A stretch of 64,000 bases of DNA from Azolla caroliniana (taxonomy: Eukaryota > Plantae > Polypodiophyta), in the NCBI GenBank assembly GCA_043228905.1, contig JBHGNT010000005.1, positions 62,001 to 126,000 of the forward strand. The letters are read 5' to 3'. A program made the position numbers and the translations under genes. Below, piece by piece: positions 1 through 13,329 of the stretch. The notes below the pieces were generated by a model that saw only the letters and a list, made by a program, of their open reading frames with translations, made no database searches and was not told the DNA's origin. Each line of letters opens with the position of its first letter. The first letter of the stretch is position 1.

Positions 1-968
1 CTATGAAGATCCTGAAAAGTTGTGCTAGCCATGCAACTAGCTGCATAGAAACTTTTTGCTATTTCTTTTTATTACAACATCCATTCACGATGTAGCTCTT
101 AATACTGTGATTTGTGTTGGTCAATTGCCTTCTTATGCCACTGTGACTTTTGCTTGAGGGATTTGGTATTCCTAGGCCTGTATTTATTAAAGGGCTTAAT
201 AAGTCAAAAGAGGCTAAGCACCTAAAAAGTCAAGTGATGTTGAAGATTTTAGATCAATTTTAGATGCTATAGCTAATTACATGATGATAACTAGTTTCAG
301 GACTTCGAACCCAGAGATTCCAAAAATCCCAGATGGAAGTTTACCTGGTCTCTAGCTATAGCTATTGTAAGCTGGTGCTCTTGAGCTAGCGAAAGATAAT
401 AATATAACTCATAAGAAGGATTTAACAGTCTTTTCTTGCTCATTCTATTGGTATCCAAATTAACTATATTCATGGAGAAATAAAAAGGCATTTGGAATTA
501 GGCTTGTATAGCATAGAACTCACAATGTCAAGTGAATGCAGTGAAGGCTTGCTAGGAATAAAGGAATTGTCTGCCTTATCCTTCTTCTCGTGAGGGTTTT
601 AAGTCGTAAATATTCCTGTAAAGTGCAGCAGCATAGTAACATGGTCAGATGTAAAAATCAGTATTTGGTTGTTGGGGAAGAGGCAGATTTGAGAGTCTTC
701 TAAAACCATTTCACGTTGGGGCAGTTTTCCAGTTCACATGCTTGAAAACTATGCATATTTTAATATTCTTGGGATTTGTCATTTGCACTGAAATTCGTTG
801 TCTGGATACACTGCAAGAAAACCTGAATTCATTGCCTCCGATGGTGGTGTCTTGGTTTGAGCATTTTCTTCTTGGAAATTCTTTAAGCGTGTGAATTATT
901 TTTAGATTCTATCTGCATTTGTCTGCTTGGTTGGTTTTTTATTCCTAGTTTATGACCATTATGCATAG

Positions 969-3900
969 GTGGAGCAAGCAAGATCTGGAATTGAAGCTCT
1001 TAATACTTCCCAAATAACAATCACACAACTGCGAGACAATTTCACTTTCATTGACAAGTAAGTCTTATAGATCCTTGGCAGATTATGTTCTGTGATCTTA
1101 AACACTGTAAAGGAAACATTCCAACCATCCAAATTATGAAAACCAGAGTTTATTAAACCAAGGAACACCATTACAGAAGGATAAACTAATCTTCTGCGTG
1201 GAAAGTTTTTGATTTCTTTATTTTATTGCTATGCTACTTGTTGAAATTCAAAAATTTAACGTGATTGTATGTGTTATGTTTTGGCTGTAATTTTTGCAAT
1301 TCAGTGTTAAGGGCGGATTGTCAATCTTTTAATGATCAGAGTGGCATATATAGACTGTGTGCTCACATTTAAGTTTGGATTTTTATAATTCCATACTCTT
1401 TGACTCTTATTTCCCATTGGTCCATGGTTAATCTTTTATGGTCAGAATGGCATATACTTCTGTAAATTTTCCTGTTACGGCCACGTAAGCACACACTTCA
1501 AGTTGAATGTTTGTAATTCAATAACGTTGACTTGCAATTGCCTATTTATGCACAGTTAATCTTTTCATGGTCAGAATGGCATATAAAGAACTTGTTTTGT
1601 AAGGTTACCTTTTTGTTGCTACATTAGCCACTTATAACCTGCATATCATCTTTTAATATGATATTGTAATTTATCCTTTTCAGGTTATGTCAGGATTGTC
1701 AGTCACTGATTGATCATCATGATCTTATTAAGCTGCTAAGTAATGCAAGGAATAATCTGAATACTACATTGAAGGTTTGTATTAAGAAACCACTGTTCTA
1801 TATTTTTGTATATGTGCTGGACGGGTCCTTTAGTATCCACCATGAGCATGTAATTCATCTATTCACTTAGAAAAACTAAATTATTGCCATATTTTTGATG
1901 ATCATGCATTTTTTTCTTTATTGATTGACATGCAACAAATTAAGATCTTATTCGAAGTAGTAAGATTTTATCTGAAGTGAGACATGTGTTCTGTGATTTG
2001 AGTCTTCATGTTTACACAGAATCAAATCACATTGTTATCTTGTAACTCTAAAGAGATTGCATATGCCCACTGCTACTTGTACTTGATCATTTGTGGGAGT
2101 GCGACGTGCATTCTGTGATTTGATTCTATATTTGTATGGGATTTTCATGTTTACACATGAGGCATGATAGATATTGACATGGGAATGTGGCCACAAATTT
2201 CATTATGAAGGAAAGAGGAAATTTCAAGAACAAAAAATCTCTGTTATCAGGTTGTTTGCCAGCCTATCTCTGATATCTTGATTACGCGTTAGATATTCAG
2301 CATTTGTATTTCTGTGTACACAACTCCTTTGCAAGCTCCATGTACTCAATGTGGGAGATTGGAAGCTTGTGAGTGCCATTTATTTTGTATAGATTTCTAG
2401 TCCTCAGAAAAGGATATGCTTTTTGTGAGGTTTGGACTGTAATTTTGTATCAGTAAAAATGCATTTTGTTAGTTTGATGCAATACGGGGCTTGCTTTTAA
2501 AATAATTGGTTCCCAATTTAAAAAATTGAAGCACACAAAATAAATTATTAACTTTTTTCATTAATGAACTAAAGCAGCACATAAAAACGCCTTATAGTTT
2601 GCAGTCTGGATACACGATGCAAACCAATGCTGGTGGGTTTATTCTAATGCGTAGAGTCTGATTATCCTATATTAAGCAGTTTTAATAGGCCCTTGTTTTT
2701 ATTTGCAAAATGCTGTAAAAAGAAAGAGCCTAGGGTTTAATTCATGGCCACTGTTGGGGTTTTCATGTTTTAGTTGATGTTTATGATAAATACAAACATC
2801 ATAAACATTAAAAATCATAGTCATCTATGGAATAAAGATGCATGTACTTACTAGATGACATTCCTGGGTATGGATAGTCATCTATGGAATAAAGAGAAAA
2901 ACTTACTATAAAGCTGAAGGACTATCGTTTTCTACTTTTCTACTTTTATAAATAGACGAGCTTCCTGGGTATGGACAGTCGTCTATGGAATAAAGAAAAA
3001 TACTTATTATAAAGCTGAAGGACTACTGTTTTTTATTTGTCTCTATACGCATCTTATTGGAAATGTATCTAGCATTGTATATTGCATCAAATATGTTTTA
3101 ATACATTTTCTTATGAACTGTAGGATGTGGAAGGAATGATGTCAATATCTGTAGACGCTGCTGATGCAAAGGAATCTTTAGCTGATGACAGACAGCTCGT
3201 GAACACATTTGAGGTCTAGAAACACTATGCCATTTCTATGGTTAATGCATCTCGCAATTAAAAGACAAATCTGTGAACTTCTCCTACATGTGATAATGAT
3301 CAGCCTCATTGGAGCAGAATATTGAAATAGAAGATAACATCCTTCATTGATAGGAAGCTTTCTTTGATGCTGCAGAAGCTTACTGTGTTAGAAGGTAAAA
3401 GACGTTTTGCATTAGCTACAGCATCATCCCGTAAAGAGGAGGCCAGCAAACTAAGGTTTCCATCTCCTACTTTAGTACTCAATTGCAGTTAATTTCATAT
3501 TTTCATGGAAGCTTAAACCTGAATTGATGTTTTATATCTTTCAGTGAGTACTTTGAAGATGTGAACAGGACCAGGGAGAAGTTTGAGTCAACACTTTGGG
3601 GGTATATTGGAAACTTCTTCAAACTCTCTAAGGACAGGTAATAATTGATTCACTCGTATGGGAAGTATATTTAGTTTCAAGAGTCATGCTGATACCTTCT
3701 TTGGGAGTCCAGTGTTGTGTGTAACATATTGAATAGCTCGACAATGTTGTCATTGTGAACGCCTTCTATATACCTATTGTTGAAATGACTAGCATGTGAT
3801 TGCATCTGTTTTTCAGCCTGAAGTATGCAAAGAGAAGAACATACATGTGCTTATGACTATCATATAAAAAAAGCAATAACCATATAAATATTTCTGAATA

Positions 3901-6900
3901 AAAACCTGAATATGTTATATATTTGCATAGGTTGAGCATAATGTAGCTGGTTGAGAGATTTCCATATTGTCTGTAAAGCACAAAATATAACCCTGGAAAA
4001 AATATGCCAAGGGCTGAAGGTTCCAAACAGCAGAGATCTTACCGAACTTATAATCTAGAAACTATAGTTGAAGGTAACAAGTGACTTGTAAGATGGTAAT
4101 TGTTTGAGTACAAGTACCTAGCAGGCTTTTACTCCAGAGGACAGGATGTGTCAAGAAGAACTTTACATATAGGAGCATTACATTTGCAGGTACATAGCCT
4201 ATATGAGATTAAAAGGCATTTCACCTCATTTTGGGACATGTTTTAAGACCCTTAGCTCAGGCCATGTGTTGAGAAGCAAGCTCAACATGGGCCGGATCGG
4301 CTGAATAAGCCGAGAGCTGGATCGGATGAAGACGAATCGGCGAGGCCCGGATCCGCTGAAAAAGCCGGGAGCCGGATTGGATGGAGACCAATCGGTTGGG
4401 CTAGATCGGCATTGAGCCGGCAAGCCTGTGGGACTGATATTCCTCCAAGGATTATTTTTGGGAGTTAGTATCAGTAGCTCATTTATGAGCATTGAAGTAC
4501 TTGTTAGTCCTTTTAAGGACTTGTATAAAAGTGCTCACTAAGCATATTGTATGTATAGAGTGTTGTTATTATTTTGAATTAAGTTTTCATCTTCTGCTCT
4601 TCCTCTGTCTCTCTCGCTCTCTAAGTAGTATCTCTATGTTTTCTCAAGTTCTGTTTTCTGTTCACCTGTGGAGCCGGTAGTATCCAAGTCTGTTCGTTTT
4701 AGATTCCGCACGTAATCTTTACATGGTATCAGAGCGCAAGGGTTGAGAATCCTCTGCCGCGGACAAGCGTTCCAACACAGACAAACCTAATCCTTGGACA
4801 AGAACAGACAAGAAGAAGAATATGGACAAAGTAATGGGTGGTGCTCTTCCGGCAGAGAAGTTGGACAGAAGCAACTACATGTCTTGGCAGTACAAGATGC
4901 ACCAGTACCTGCCGGGGCATGGCTACTGGAGTTACATCCATGGAGAAAACGAAGTAGTGCCAGAAATGGCACACAACGATTTTCCAACGTGGGAGCTGGC
5001 AGCAAGTAGAGTCTTGTATTGCCTTGCATCCTGTGTTGCACGACTAGATGTTGGGCCACATTCGAGATGCACAGACGCCGAAGGAGGCCTGAGAAAATCT
5101 GAAGAAGATTTTTGCCGTGAATAACACGGTCCGCAAGTTACAGCTTTGTCAAGATGTCAACAATATCCGACAGACGGATATGACGGTGACCGACTATACC
5201 ACAAAGATCAAAGAAATCTGTGATGACAGCTATTTGCACAAGGGAGAAATCAATGTCATTTTTTGACCTGCAATCGATGCTTATGATCAAAGAAAACCAC
5301 GCAACCTAACAGTGGGATGCTGTACACGGAGGCAGATAGGCCCCGTGGTCGTGGAGAACGTGGTGGATCTCAACACAATGGTGACGGTCAACAGAAGCAA
5401 AATCATAGGCATAATTGACATGCCGAAAGCAGTTCCGGGCCCTCCACGAGCAGGGAGGGTGTCAAGGCGGCGCCGAAAACTGGCAAGCAAAGGCTGTGAC
5501 GGCATGTTGGTATTGTGGTCGGAAAGGCCACAGAGAAAGCGAGTGCTGAAACAAGGCTGGTACTGCTCAAGTAGCCCACCTGGTCAAGTAGCACACCCAC
5601 CGGGGTCTCGGACGAAGGAGCTGATAAGAGAGTGAGAGAAAGTGTAGTGAATATCAGAATCGGTTTCTGGATATCTTCGCCGGCACAGGGGCATGTGTAT
5701 GTAACCGATCCGGATCAGTCACTGGATGCTAGATGATGAGCGCAGGGGCTCAGACATGTATATTGCTCCGGACCTGTCTCTGGATATGAAACGATGAGCA
5801 CACGGGCTATGGACTCGGATAAATGCGTGGGGTAGACGAGCACACGGGTTCAAACGCTCAGGTATACACGTAGGTGAAAGGGGAACAGAGATGAGAATGC
5901 GACAAAAACCAGGAAACACTCAGGAAAACAGACGAAACCGGACACAACAAGATAAGCAATTAACTAGCAGACAAAGAGAGATACAACCGGACACGGCCAG
6001 CGACAGAGCTTTGAGCTCTCCACACAAAAATCTGTGCACACTAGTGAGCCTCTGATCGGGAGCACACAGGCTTCCAACGCGAACAAAGGCCTCGTAGTAT
6101 AACGACAGAAAACCAGGAACGGGAAGTGAGCAGTCAACTCGAAATCCGACAGGACTTCCTCCTCCCAAACGATGGAAATCCCCCTGTAACGGTTTTCCTC
6201 CCCTCCCCTTTTATAGTCAAGGAGGGTCGGTTACATCAGCTTTATGACAATTGTTTTCTATCAGTGATCCTCCCCGCGATATCCTCCCATCACACACATT
6301 ATTCCCCTCTTTTTATGGGATCTTAAAAATACCTATTAAACACTCTACCTAGTACTTATAAATACTTCAATATTTACAATTACTTTACACACAAGACCCA
6401 TTTCGTGGGGGTGTTCGCACACCCCCGTTCACGCGCATCCGACAGATCTTTCTCCTAATTGCCGGAATCCTCCACGACAACGGTTTTATGGAATGCATAG
6501 ATTCCCCATTGCATATTTAAGGACTTGCAAGGGATTCTAGCCATTGCATGTGACGAGTGCTTCTCGGAAATACACAAAACAGCAATAAATCCTCTAATTA
6601 TGGGATCTGCCCTCCTCGATAAGGACTTGAGGGTCAATATGTGATCCAAAGTTGTGAACAATCTCCCAAAGCTTGCTGTAGAAAGCTGTGATTGTTGCAG
6701 GAAAACGATACAGCTCATCCACAAAGAACAATCATGGCTTTCTTTAGCTCCATCACTCTTTATCATGTGTCTAGTCAATCAAGCACTACATAGGTGGGAT
6801 CTCTATTAGGACACCACGAAGGGGGCTTCAGTAGGTAAGGCAATAGCAATATGTCATGCATGCCAGCCACGGTCACCTTGACCATGACCATGCCACCTTT

Positions 6901-9900
6901 GTCATTAACAAATAAAGGCTATTTTCATCAGCCCTGAAGGTGCTTCCCTCTATAAGATCCTCTATGTTGGAGAATTTTTGAAGATGAAAGTTTCAGTTTA
7001 TCCAAGTTCAGAATCTTAAGTGCTTAGATAACTAGATTCTTCAGTGCACTATATTTAATTGTATTTATTTTGGTTTGTTGTTCCTAAGGAAAAGACAATA
7101 TTTTAAGATGTAATATCTTGTTTTCCCTTATAGGTCATTTTGGTTCCTTAAGACAGTTAATATAATTTGGTTTTATGGTGGGAATATAAATGATATTTGT
7201 GTGCTCTCTCTTCATCTCTTCCTCAGGATGTATAGTGCTAGCTAATTAGAATATTGGGTATCTTTGGCAGTCTTAATAAGTTATTTCTCAAAAAGACAGT
7301 CCAATATGATATGCTAAATTCGTCTTAAAAGTTTCCAATATGATATAATTTCTTCTCTGTTTATTTATATTTATTTGGGTAAACTACCAGAAGATGAACT
7401 TCGTACCTCTGTTTTTTGTTTGTAAAAGCTATGTTATTTTGAGCATTAATGTTTTGTACATATAATAAACAAGAAGTTTTAGATATCTCTAAAGTTGAAG
7501 AAGATGAATTCACAACAGAAACTGATTATTCTCAGAATGTAAATGAGTTGGTGATGAAGGCATTTATTAAAAAATTTATCATTTGAATTTGAAGATTCAT
7601 TTCAGAGCTCCTATTGCAGTGTAGTTATAATAGCTTCACAGTCTTTTCTTGTCCTTGTTTCTTATGTTTGTTTGAAATAATATATCCTGACAATATTTTT
7701 TTCTTTATCATTTTTAACAGCCCCCAAACACTAGTTCGAGCATTGAGGTATCCTTTCTTTTCATGGTATTGGGTATGTGTGTAAAAGTAACAAACTAAAG
7801 ATTTTGTTGCTTATTTGGAGCGTCCAAAAAGAACTTTGATATGTAAATGATAAGATTGAATTGAAATAATGCTCAAAGTGTATTTCCTTAATTTATATTC
7901 TATTCTATAATTCAATCTAAGTGTACATTTCGCAGGAAAATTGTGTACATAATGTATTGTTCCTCTGCAGAGTAGTGGAGATGCAAGAAATATTCGATCA
8001 ACAACAAGAAGATGAAGCTGCTGAATTAGAAGGAGGCTCTATTTCAAGTTTAGTTACTGATGGCAATAAGAGGTGTGATAAAGAACCTGAATATTTCACA
8101 TCCTAGGTTTTTGTTTTGTTTATTTTTTGGGCTAGAATAATATCTTCTTGCAGCAACGTATAACCTCAGGCCATCCACACAATCACCAAAGGGAATGCTG
8201 CCTCCAAGGGCATCTGAGAATTATGCGAAAGAGAAGAGAGGAAGAAATTATAAAGATAAATGCTATAAAGCAATTGCGAGGGCCGTGGAAAAGAGGTTCA
8301 ACTTACTTATTTCTAATGTAAGAGCTTGTTAAGGATTAATGCATTAAAATAAAAGAAATTAGTGAGAAATAAAAATGGATGACATAGATAGGGTTGGAAA
8401 ACATTTCTGTTATTTGTTAATCACCAATCTAAATGATCAGTCTGTAATATGCATTTTGTAGCTTGTAGAAGATGATCTGAATGCAGCCTTGGAGGAAGCT
8501 ACTGCAGTGAGTAATATGACCAGAAAATGTTTCATTTCCTGCTTGCCAGAATATATTTGCAAATTATTTTCTGCATTTTCTAACAGATTGCTGGAGAATT
8601 GCCCGACATTTACGACTATGTTGCTCCATGCTTTCCACCACGGTCAGTCTAATATATGCCCATTGTTACTAAGCATATGTTTGAAAGAAATGTTCGTTAG
8701 AATCATGAGTCATGTGAAGCCAAAAATAGAAAGAAATTACACACGAATTCTGAATGCAGTCTTCTTCTTAAGTTCATACTTTGTAATGGAATAAGCTGTC
8801 TTGAGAATGAGCAGTATAGTACTCCCCTGAAGTCCATCTGTATATGTGCTTATAGATATATGATTATGTTAATGATGTATTTGGATTACCCAGATCAAAT
8901 GGATAGATTAGTTTGCCACACATTTCTCATTTTACTTATGAACTTGGACATATTAGTTACAGCCAACTGTTTCTCATGTCTGCATGAAGGTCTGAGTTTT
9001 GGATAATCTTTTTCATTTTTCAGATATGCAATATTTGTAACCATGGTACAGCTTTATACTGAACGTTTCGTTCAAATGCTGAGGAAGCTTGGGGATAGAA
9101 CTAATGATCTTACTAATCCAGAAATATTGAAGGTATGTCTTGCTGCATTTTATGAAGCAATTCTACAATAATTTAGATATTTATGTAGAGGACGATCGAG
9201 GCCATGTATGTGTGATGCAGAATTAGAGAATAACCTGAATGATTTATTTCAAGTGATGATTTGCATTGTGAGACATCATGCATAATAGAGTGGCCATTCA
9301 AATTTTGAATATGTATCACAAAGAGTTGATGTATCTACAACATTATCTCATCTATTGGAATCTACATTCAATGTAAAGGCTACGGGAGGTGAACTCTTTA
9401 TTCAGACCCCTTTTGGAACCATATGAGACACATCTTCTGGAGACAAAGAAGAAGATTATGTTAGGGGACACAAAGGACGGATAGCAAGTATCAGAAAAGG
9501 TGGATTAAAAAGAAAATGAAATACATTTACCAGATCAGGATAAATGAAGAAGTCCAGTGGGAACATTCTTAAAGTGCCACAATGACATATGCGACTGATA
9601 CAGAGGCTACATCTGAAAATCCCATTTCATCGTCAACAACAGAAAAACCTAAATAAATATAAATATACTAGAAACCTGCCCAAGGTATCTTGGCTTTTCT
9701 GCAACTCATTTTGCGAAGGGTATATCTTGAAGTCCCACGCTCTTATGTAAAAATGTTGATAATCCTGCTAGCTGGAGATATAACTAAGTGATTTTAGGTG
9801 GCGTGAAAGTTCTACCATAGTTGTTAAAGAACGTGTATTCTACGTTTAGAATACATTTTAGAATACTCTGAAATATTCTACATGTATTCCACGTTTTAGA

Positions 9901-12597
9901 AATGCCGTTTTTCAAATTTTCACGTATTACACTTATTCTAAAAAATTTACGTATGCTACGTATTTAACAACTATTTATCATTTCAAAAAAGTTCTTTTGG
10001 CTTTGCTACGTATTTAACAACTATTCCTACTGTTGTTTTCTTTTGGCTTTGTTACGGTTTTTGACTGAGAACTTAATGGTTGGAAGCATCCAAGTCTAAC
10101 TAGATTCTAGTCTCATGAACATATCATTCTTTTATCTTGTACAGGATGTAGTTTGTAATTGAGCTTGCTTATATTCCTGGTTACATGGGTGATGCTATCT
10201 GCAGGTAGCAAGCTGGGTTGTGCAATATCAGGAACAACTTATAAGTTTAGGAGTCGACCAGTCACTCGCACAAGTCTGCGCTGAGAGTGGAGCAATGGAC
10301 CCCTTAATGAACGCATATGTTGATCGTATGCAAAAAGCAATGCAGGTAGCTCTTTTGTTAGAAATAAAAAGATAACACTATTTAACATATATTAGCATCA
10401 ATTTTTTGCCACTGGTGAATTGGTTTCTGATGTTGATGGGGTGGAGTATATTAGGTTTGGTATACCAATATTCTACAGGCTGATAAAATTCATCATGTAA
10501 AACGAACCGAAGATGGAAAATGCTATACAATGGCGGCGGTTGATTTGTTCCGAATATTAGGTGAGCAAGTGCAAGTCGTCGAAGAGAGCAGCACTGATGT
10601 GATGCTATATCGTATTGCTCTTGCAGTAATCCAGGTAATAATATTATGAAATAGTTCGATTGTTAGGAAATCAATGTAACTTTAACCCTCCATCCATTGG
10701 AGTAACTCTGTGCAATTTTCTCTTCTTTCAGGTAATGGGTGATTTTCAGACAGCTGAGCGGCTACGTTTAGAGGATCCTGGGGAATTAGAACTTGAACTT
10801 ATATGTGCTATGGTGAGGGTTGATTGATGTATGATCCAGGGAATTAGAACTTGAACTTATATTCCTTGTATTGAAATATTGTAAAGATTGTATGATCTGG
10901 CTTTTGCAGGTGAATAACAATTTGCGCTGCTATGATCTATCAATAGATCTAAGCCACACTATTATGGAGGCTTTGACTATATACTATGAGGAGCAGGTAT
11001 TCATCATATGTGCTTTATTAGAATTCTATGTCATCTGTGAAGTAGTATTGCTTCAATCAAGGCCATCGATTGGACTTATCATTCTTCCAATCACACCTAC
11101 AGCGAAAGCTTCAGGGAAGTTAATAGTACTCCTCAAATAATTAAGGTTGAAACCATCAAAGGCTAACAAAGCTAATAGCTTCTGATAGTCAACATTATGG
11201 TCTTTGTTTCTGCGTTCACCTGCTGCATGTCCTTTTCTGTTTTATCTCTGTCTCTTGTTTCTACTCGTCATGGTTTTGTTGATAGATGGAATGTCTCTGG
11301 CAGGTCAATTTTGAAGATACGTGCAAAGGATTTCTAGAAGTTGCTAAGGTCTTTTAACCCTCATTCACCTTATGATTACAAAGCTGATGGAAAATATATG
11401 CTTATCTGATCCAACTGGAACGCGTGAAATCATGTCATTTGAACAGGAAGGTGTCCAGCGAGTTGTGAAATCAATTTTTGAAGACCCAGGTGTAAAGGAT
11501 TTGCTTGCCAAACTTTATCACAAAGGTGAATCAATCGTGATATTTTGTGAATTCAATGATTTGTTATTCCTTCATACTTCTAAAATACAATTATTGCATC
11601 AGATTGGTATGAAGGCCTGGTAACTGAATATCTGGTTGAAACATTCAGCGACTACTTCTCTGATATAAAAATGTGGGTAAAAAGTAATATAGTTTTGTTA
11701 TGTGCTATAGAGGTGCCTAGCAGAGCCATAAAATGTGGAACTGTTTTTTCTCATGATAGATTTCTTGAAGAGAGATCATATCGGAGGTGTGTTGAATCAT
11801 GCTTGGAGGAAACAATTGTTGTCTATGTGGACCATCTGCTTACCCAGGTATGTCCATTATTGGCTAATTTGTTCCATGAAGATGTAATAGGTTTTCTTTG
11901 GCTTACCAGAAGATATGCATCACCTGTTATTATCCAGCGGAATTACATTAGAGAAGAGATGCTAGAACGAATCCGTCTCGATGAAGAAATCTTGACAGCT
12001 TTCTTCAGTATCCATGTGAATCAACAGGTAAGATTGGTTCTCAAAACCAGAAAGGACTTTGGGTAGTCATAGTTTCTTTTCTGGTATTAAATCTGCTATT
12101 TGCCATTAAATATTGTCCATATCCTGTAAACAGAAAGTTCAGAAACGTGTGCAACCATTGGCTGACCTGAAGGAGCTAGCATCAGCAGAAAATGTCGATG
12201 ACTTCGGATTGGCATATACAAACCTCTTGCAAAACCAACCAGACTGTCCTGTGGGTTTTTAACTTTTGTTTTCTGATATTTTTCTTGCTGACGATTATTA
12301 AAGTATTTATGGAGTATAATGAAGGAATTATGTTTTGCAGCCAGAAGTTGTTGAGAAGGTGCTAGCACTTCGGGAAGATATTCCAAGGAAAGATGCCCGT
12401 GAGGTAGGAGAAACACAAAAAGTAATAATACAAAATAACCCGTAACTTGTCATCAATCTCATTTTGAGTTCCTATTACAGGTTATGCAAGCATGTAGAGA
12501 TGCATACAATAAAAGCATTGTCAATGGAGTCCCTAAATCAGGGCTAGTTTTCAGTAGACTTACATGCTTGCCAAAGGCTACATTAAAGTGGCGGTAA
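969..12597 (+). CDS. SEC6: Exocyst complex component SEC6 (multi-exon; first exon(s) lie upstream of the window)
   Basis: Manual GT-AG splicing gives a continuous SEC6-like protein: [146 protein letters not shown]. Approximate exons: 969-1057, 1684-1774, 3124-3213, 3376-3455, 3545-3637, 7721-7747, 7971-8072, 8170-8317, 8462-8506, 8587-8642, 9024-9132, 10205-10345, 10455-10634, 10732-10812, 10910-10996, 11304-11348, 11447-11525, 11603-11672, 11760-11847, 11938-12027, 12134-12250, 12341-12403, 12481-12597 (TAA). Confidence 0.95.
2818..3033. repeat. Intronic ~100-bp tandem duplication with a third partial copy
   Basis: TTCCTGGGTATGGA(T/C)AGTC(A/G)TCTATGGAATAAAGA..TATAAAGCTGAAGGACTA at ~2862 and ~2962; TAGTCATCTATGGAATAAAGA also at ~2818. 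Confidence 0.85.
4267..5560 (+). mobile_element. Truncated Ty1/Copia LTR retrotransposon (5' LTR, PBS, decayed gag) in a SEC6 intron
   Basis: LTR-like TGTTGAG..TTTACA at 4267-4723 with TATAAAA, followed directly by the tRNA-iMet PBS TGGTATCAGAGC (4724-4735). gag starts at 4822 ([26 protein letters not shown]) and is frameshifted; a CCHC knuckle [14 protein letters not shown] lies at ~5506-5547. No pol or 3' LTR. Confidence 0.9.
5564..6444 (-). mobile_element. Solo-LTR-like element in reverse orientation
   Basis: GC-richer block with TG...CA termini (TGCTCAAG at 5564; GCATCCGACA ending at 6444), a minus-strand TATAAAAGGGGAG (~6203-6215), internal short repeats (GAGCACACGGG x2) and no long ORF. 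Flanks GGTAC and GATCT do not form a TSD. Boundaries are approximate. Confidence 0.6.
6450..6900 (-). mobile_element. Decayed LINE (RTE-like) reverse-transcriptase fragment
   Basis: Minus-strand frames read [15 protein letters not shown] / [21 protein letters not shown], matching the non-LTR RT GFR..STxDHIFTL..CCFVDFxKAFD region. Similar to the element at 13.3-15.5 kb. Confidence 0.75.
9816..10025. mobile_element. Possible MITE (hAT-like termini) in a SEC6 intron
   Basis: Left end CATAGTTGTTAAAGAACGT is inverted-complementary to TACGTATTTAACAACTAT, which occurs twice (~9957-9974 and ~10007-10024). No exact TSD. Confidence 0.5.
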
Positions 12598-13329
12598 ATA
12601 GTTTCTTTAAATATACAACCAAATTCACCATCTATTCCAGTTTCACTCATGAAAAATTTTATTTTTAACTTTTTGAGCAAATAATTTGTATAATTTCTTA
12701 TTGGCATCAAGAGATGCTTTACCTCATAGTTTCTCCCACAACATATTTTGTCTACGCAATATTTGTATCTTATGTTCATTTGAAAGTCCAGGAAGTGTGG
12801 CATCCTATTTTCTCCCACTAAAATAGAATGATGCATAACTCAGAATGTATAAGCTGTATTTGTGTACTTTGTTTTGTTAAACCATTTATCCTGTCATATG
12901 TTAGTAAAGCTGTTCCCAGCATATGCCACTATACATGAAACAGATGGAATGAGTAGCACACCATAAACGTATCTATAAAACTTATCTTTATAATCACAAC
13001 TCTACAAGAAACAATATCTAGTGGGTGTATCTATGCATCAATACATGGATAATGTAAAGCAATGTGGCTTGTAGTTGGTGAGTGGAGCTGCTATCTCAAT
13101 GATACCTATAGTGAATATTCTGAAGAATTAGGAACAAAATAAAAGATATCTTACGCATTCTTTCTATTTACCTAACAATCTAAATATGACTATATGCCTA
13201 AAAGACAAGGTAGTTTTCATGCTGTGTTCTAAATGAAAAGGAAAAGAGGGATGAAAGGGAAGGAAAAAGGCATTATATATATTATTGATGGCAAGGAGGT
13301 TTCATAACGATATTTGATCTATTAGATGA

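Noticed and set aside
5700-6235. TGTAACCGA...TCGGTTACA inverted pair as the ends of a separate solo LTR
   Set aside because: No TSD, and the TATA would lie only ~20 bp from the terminus. LTR-like sequence continues on both sides, so 5564-6444 was preferred, with uncertainty.
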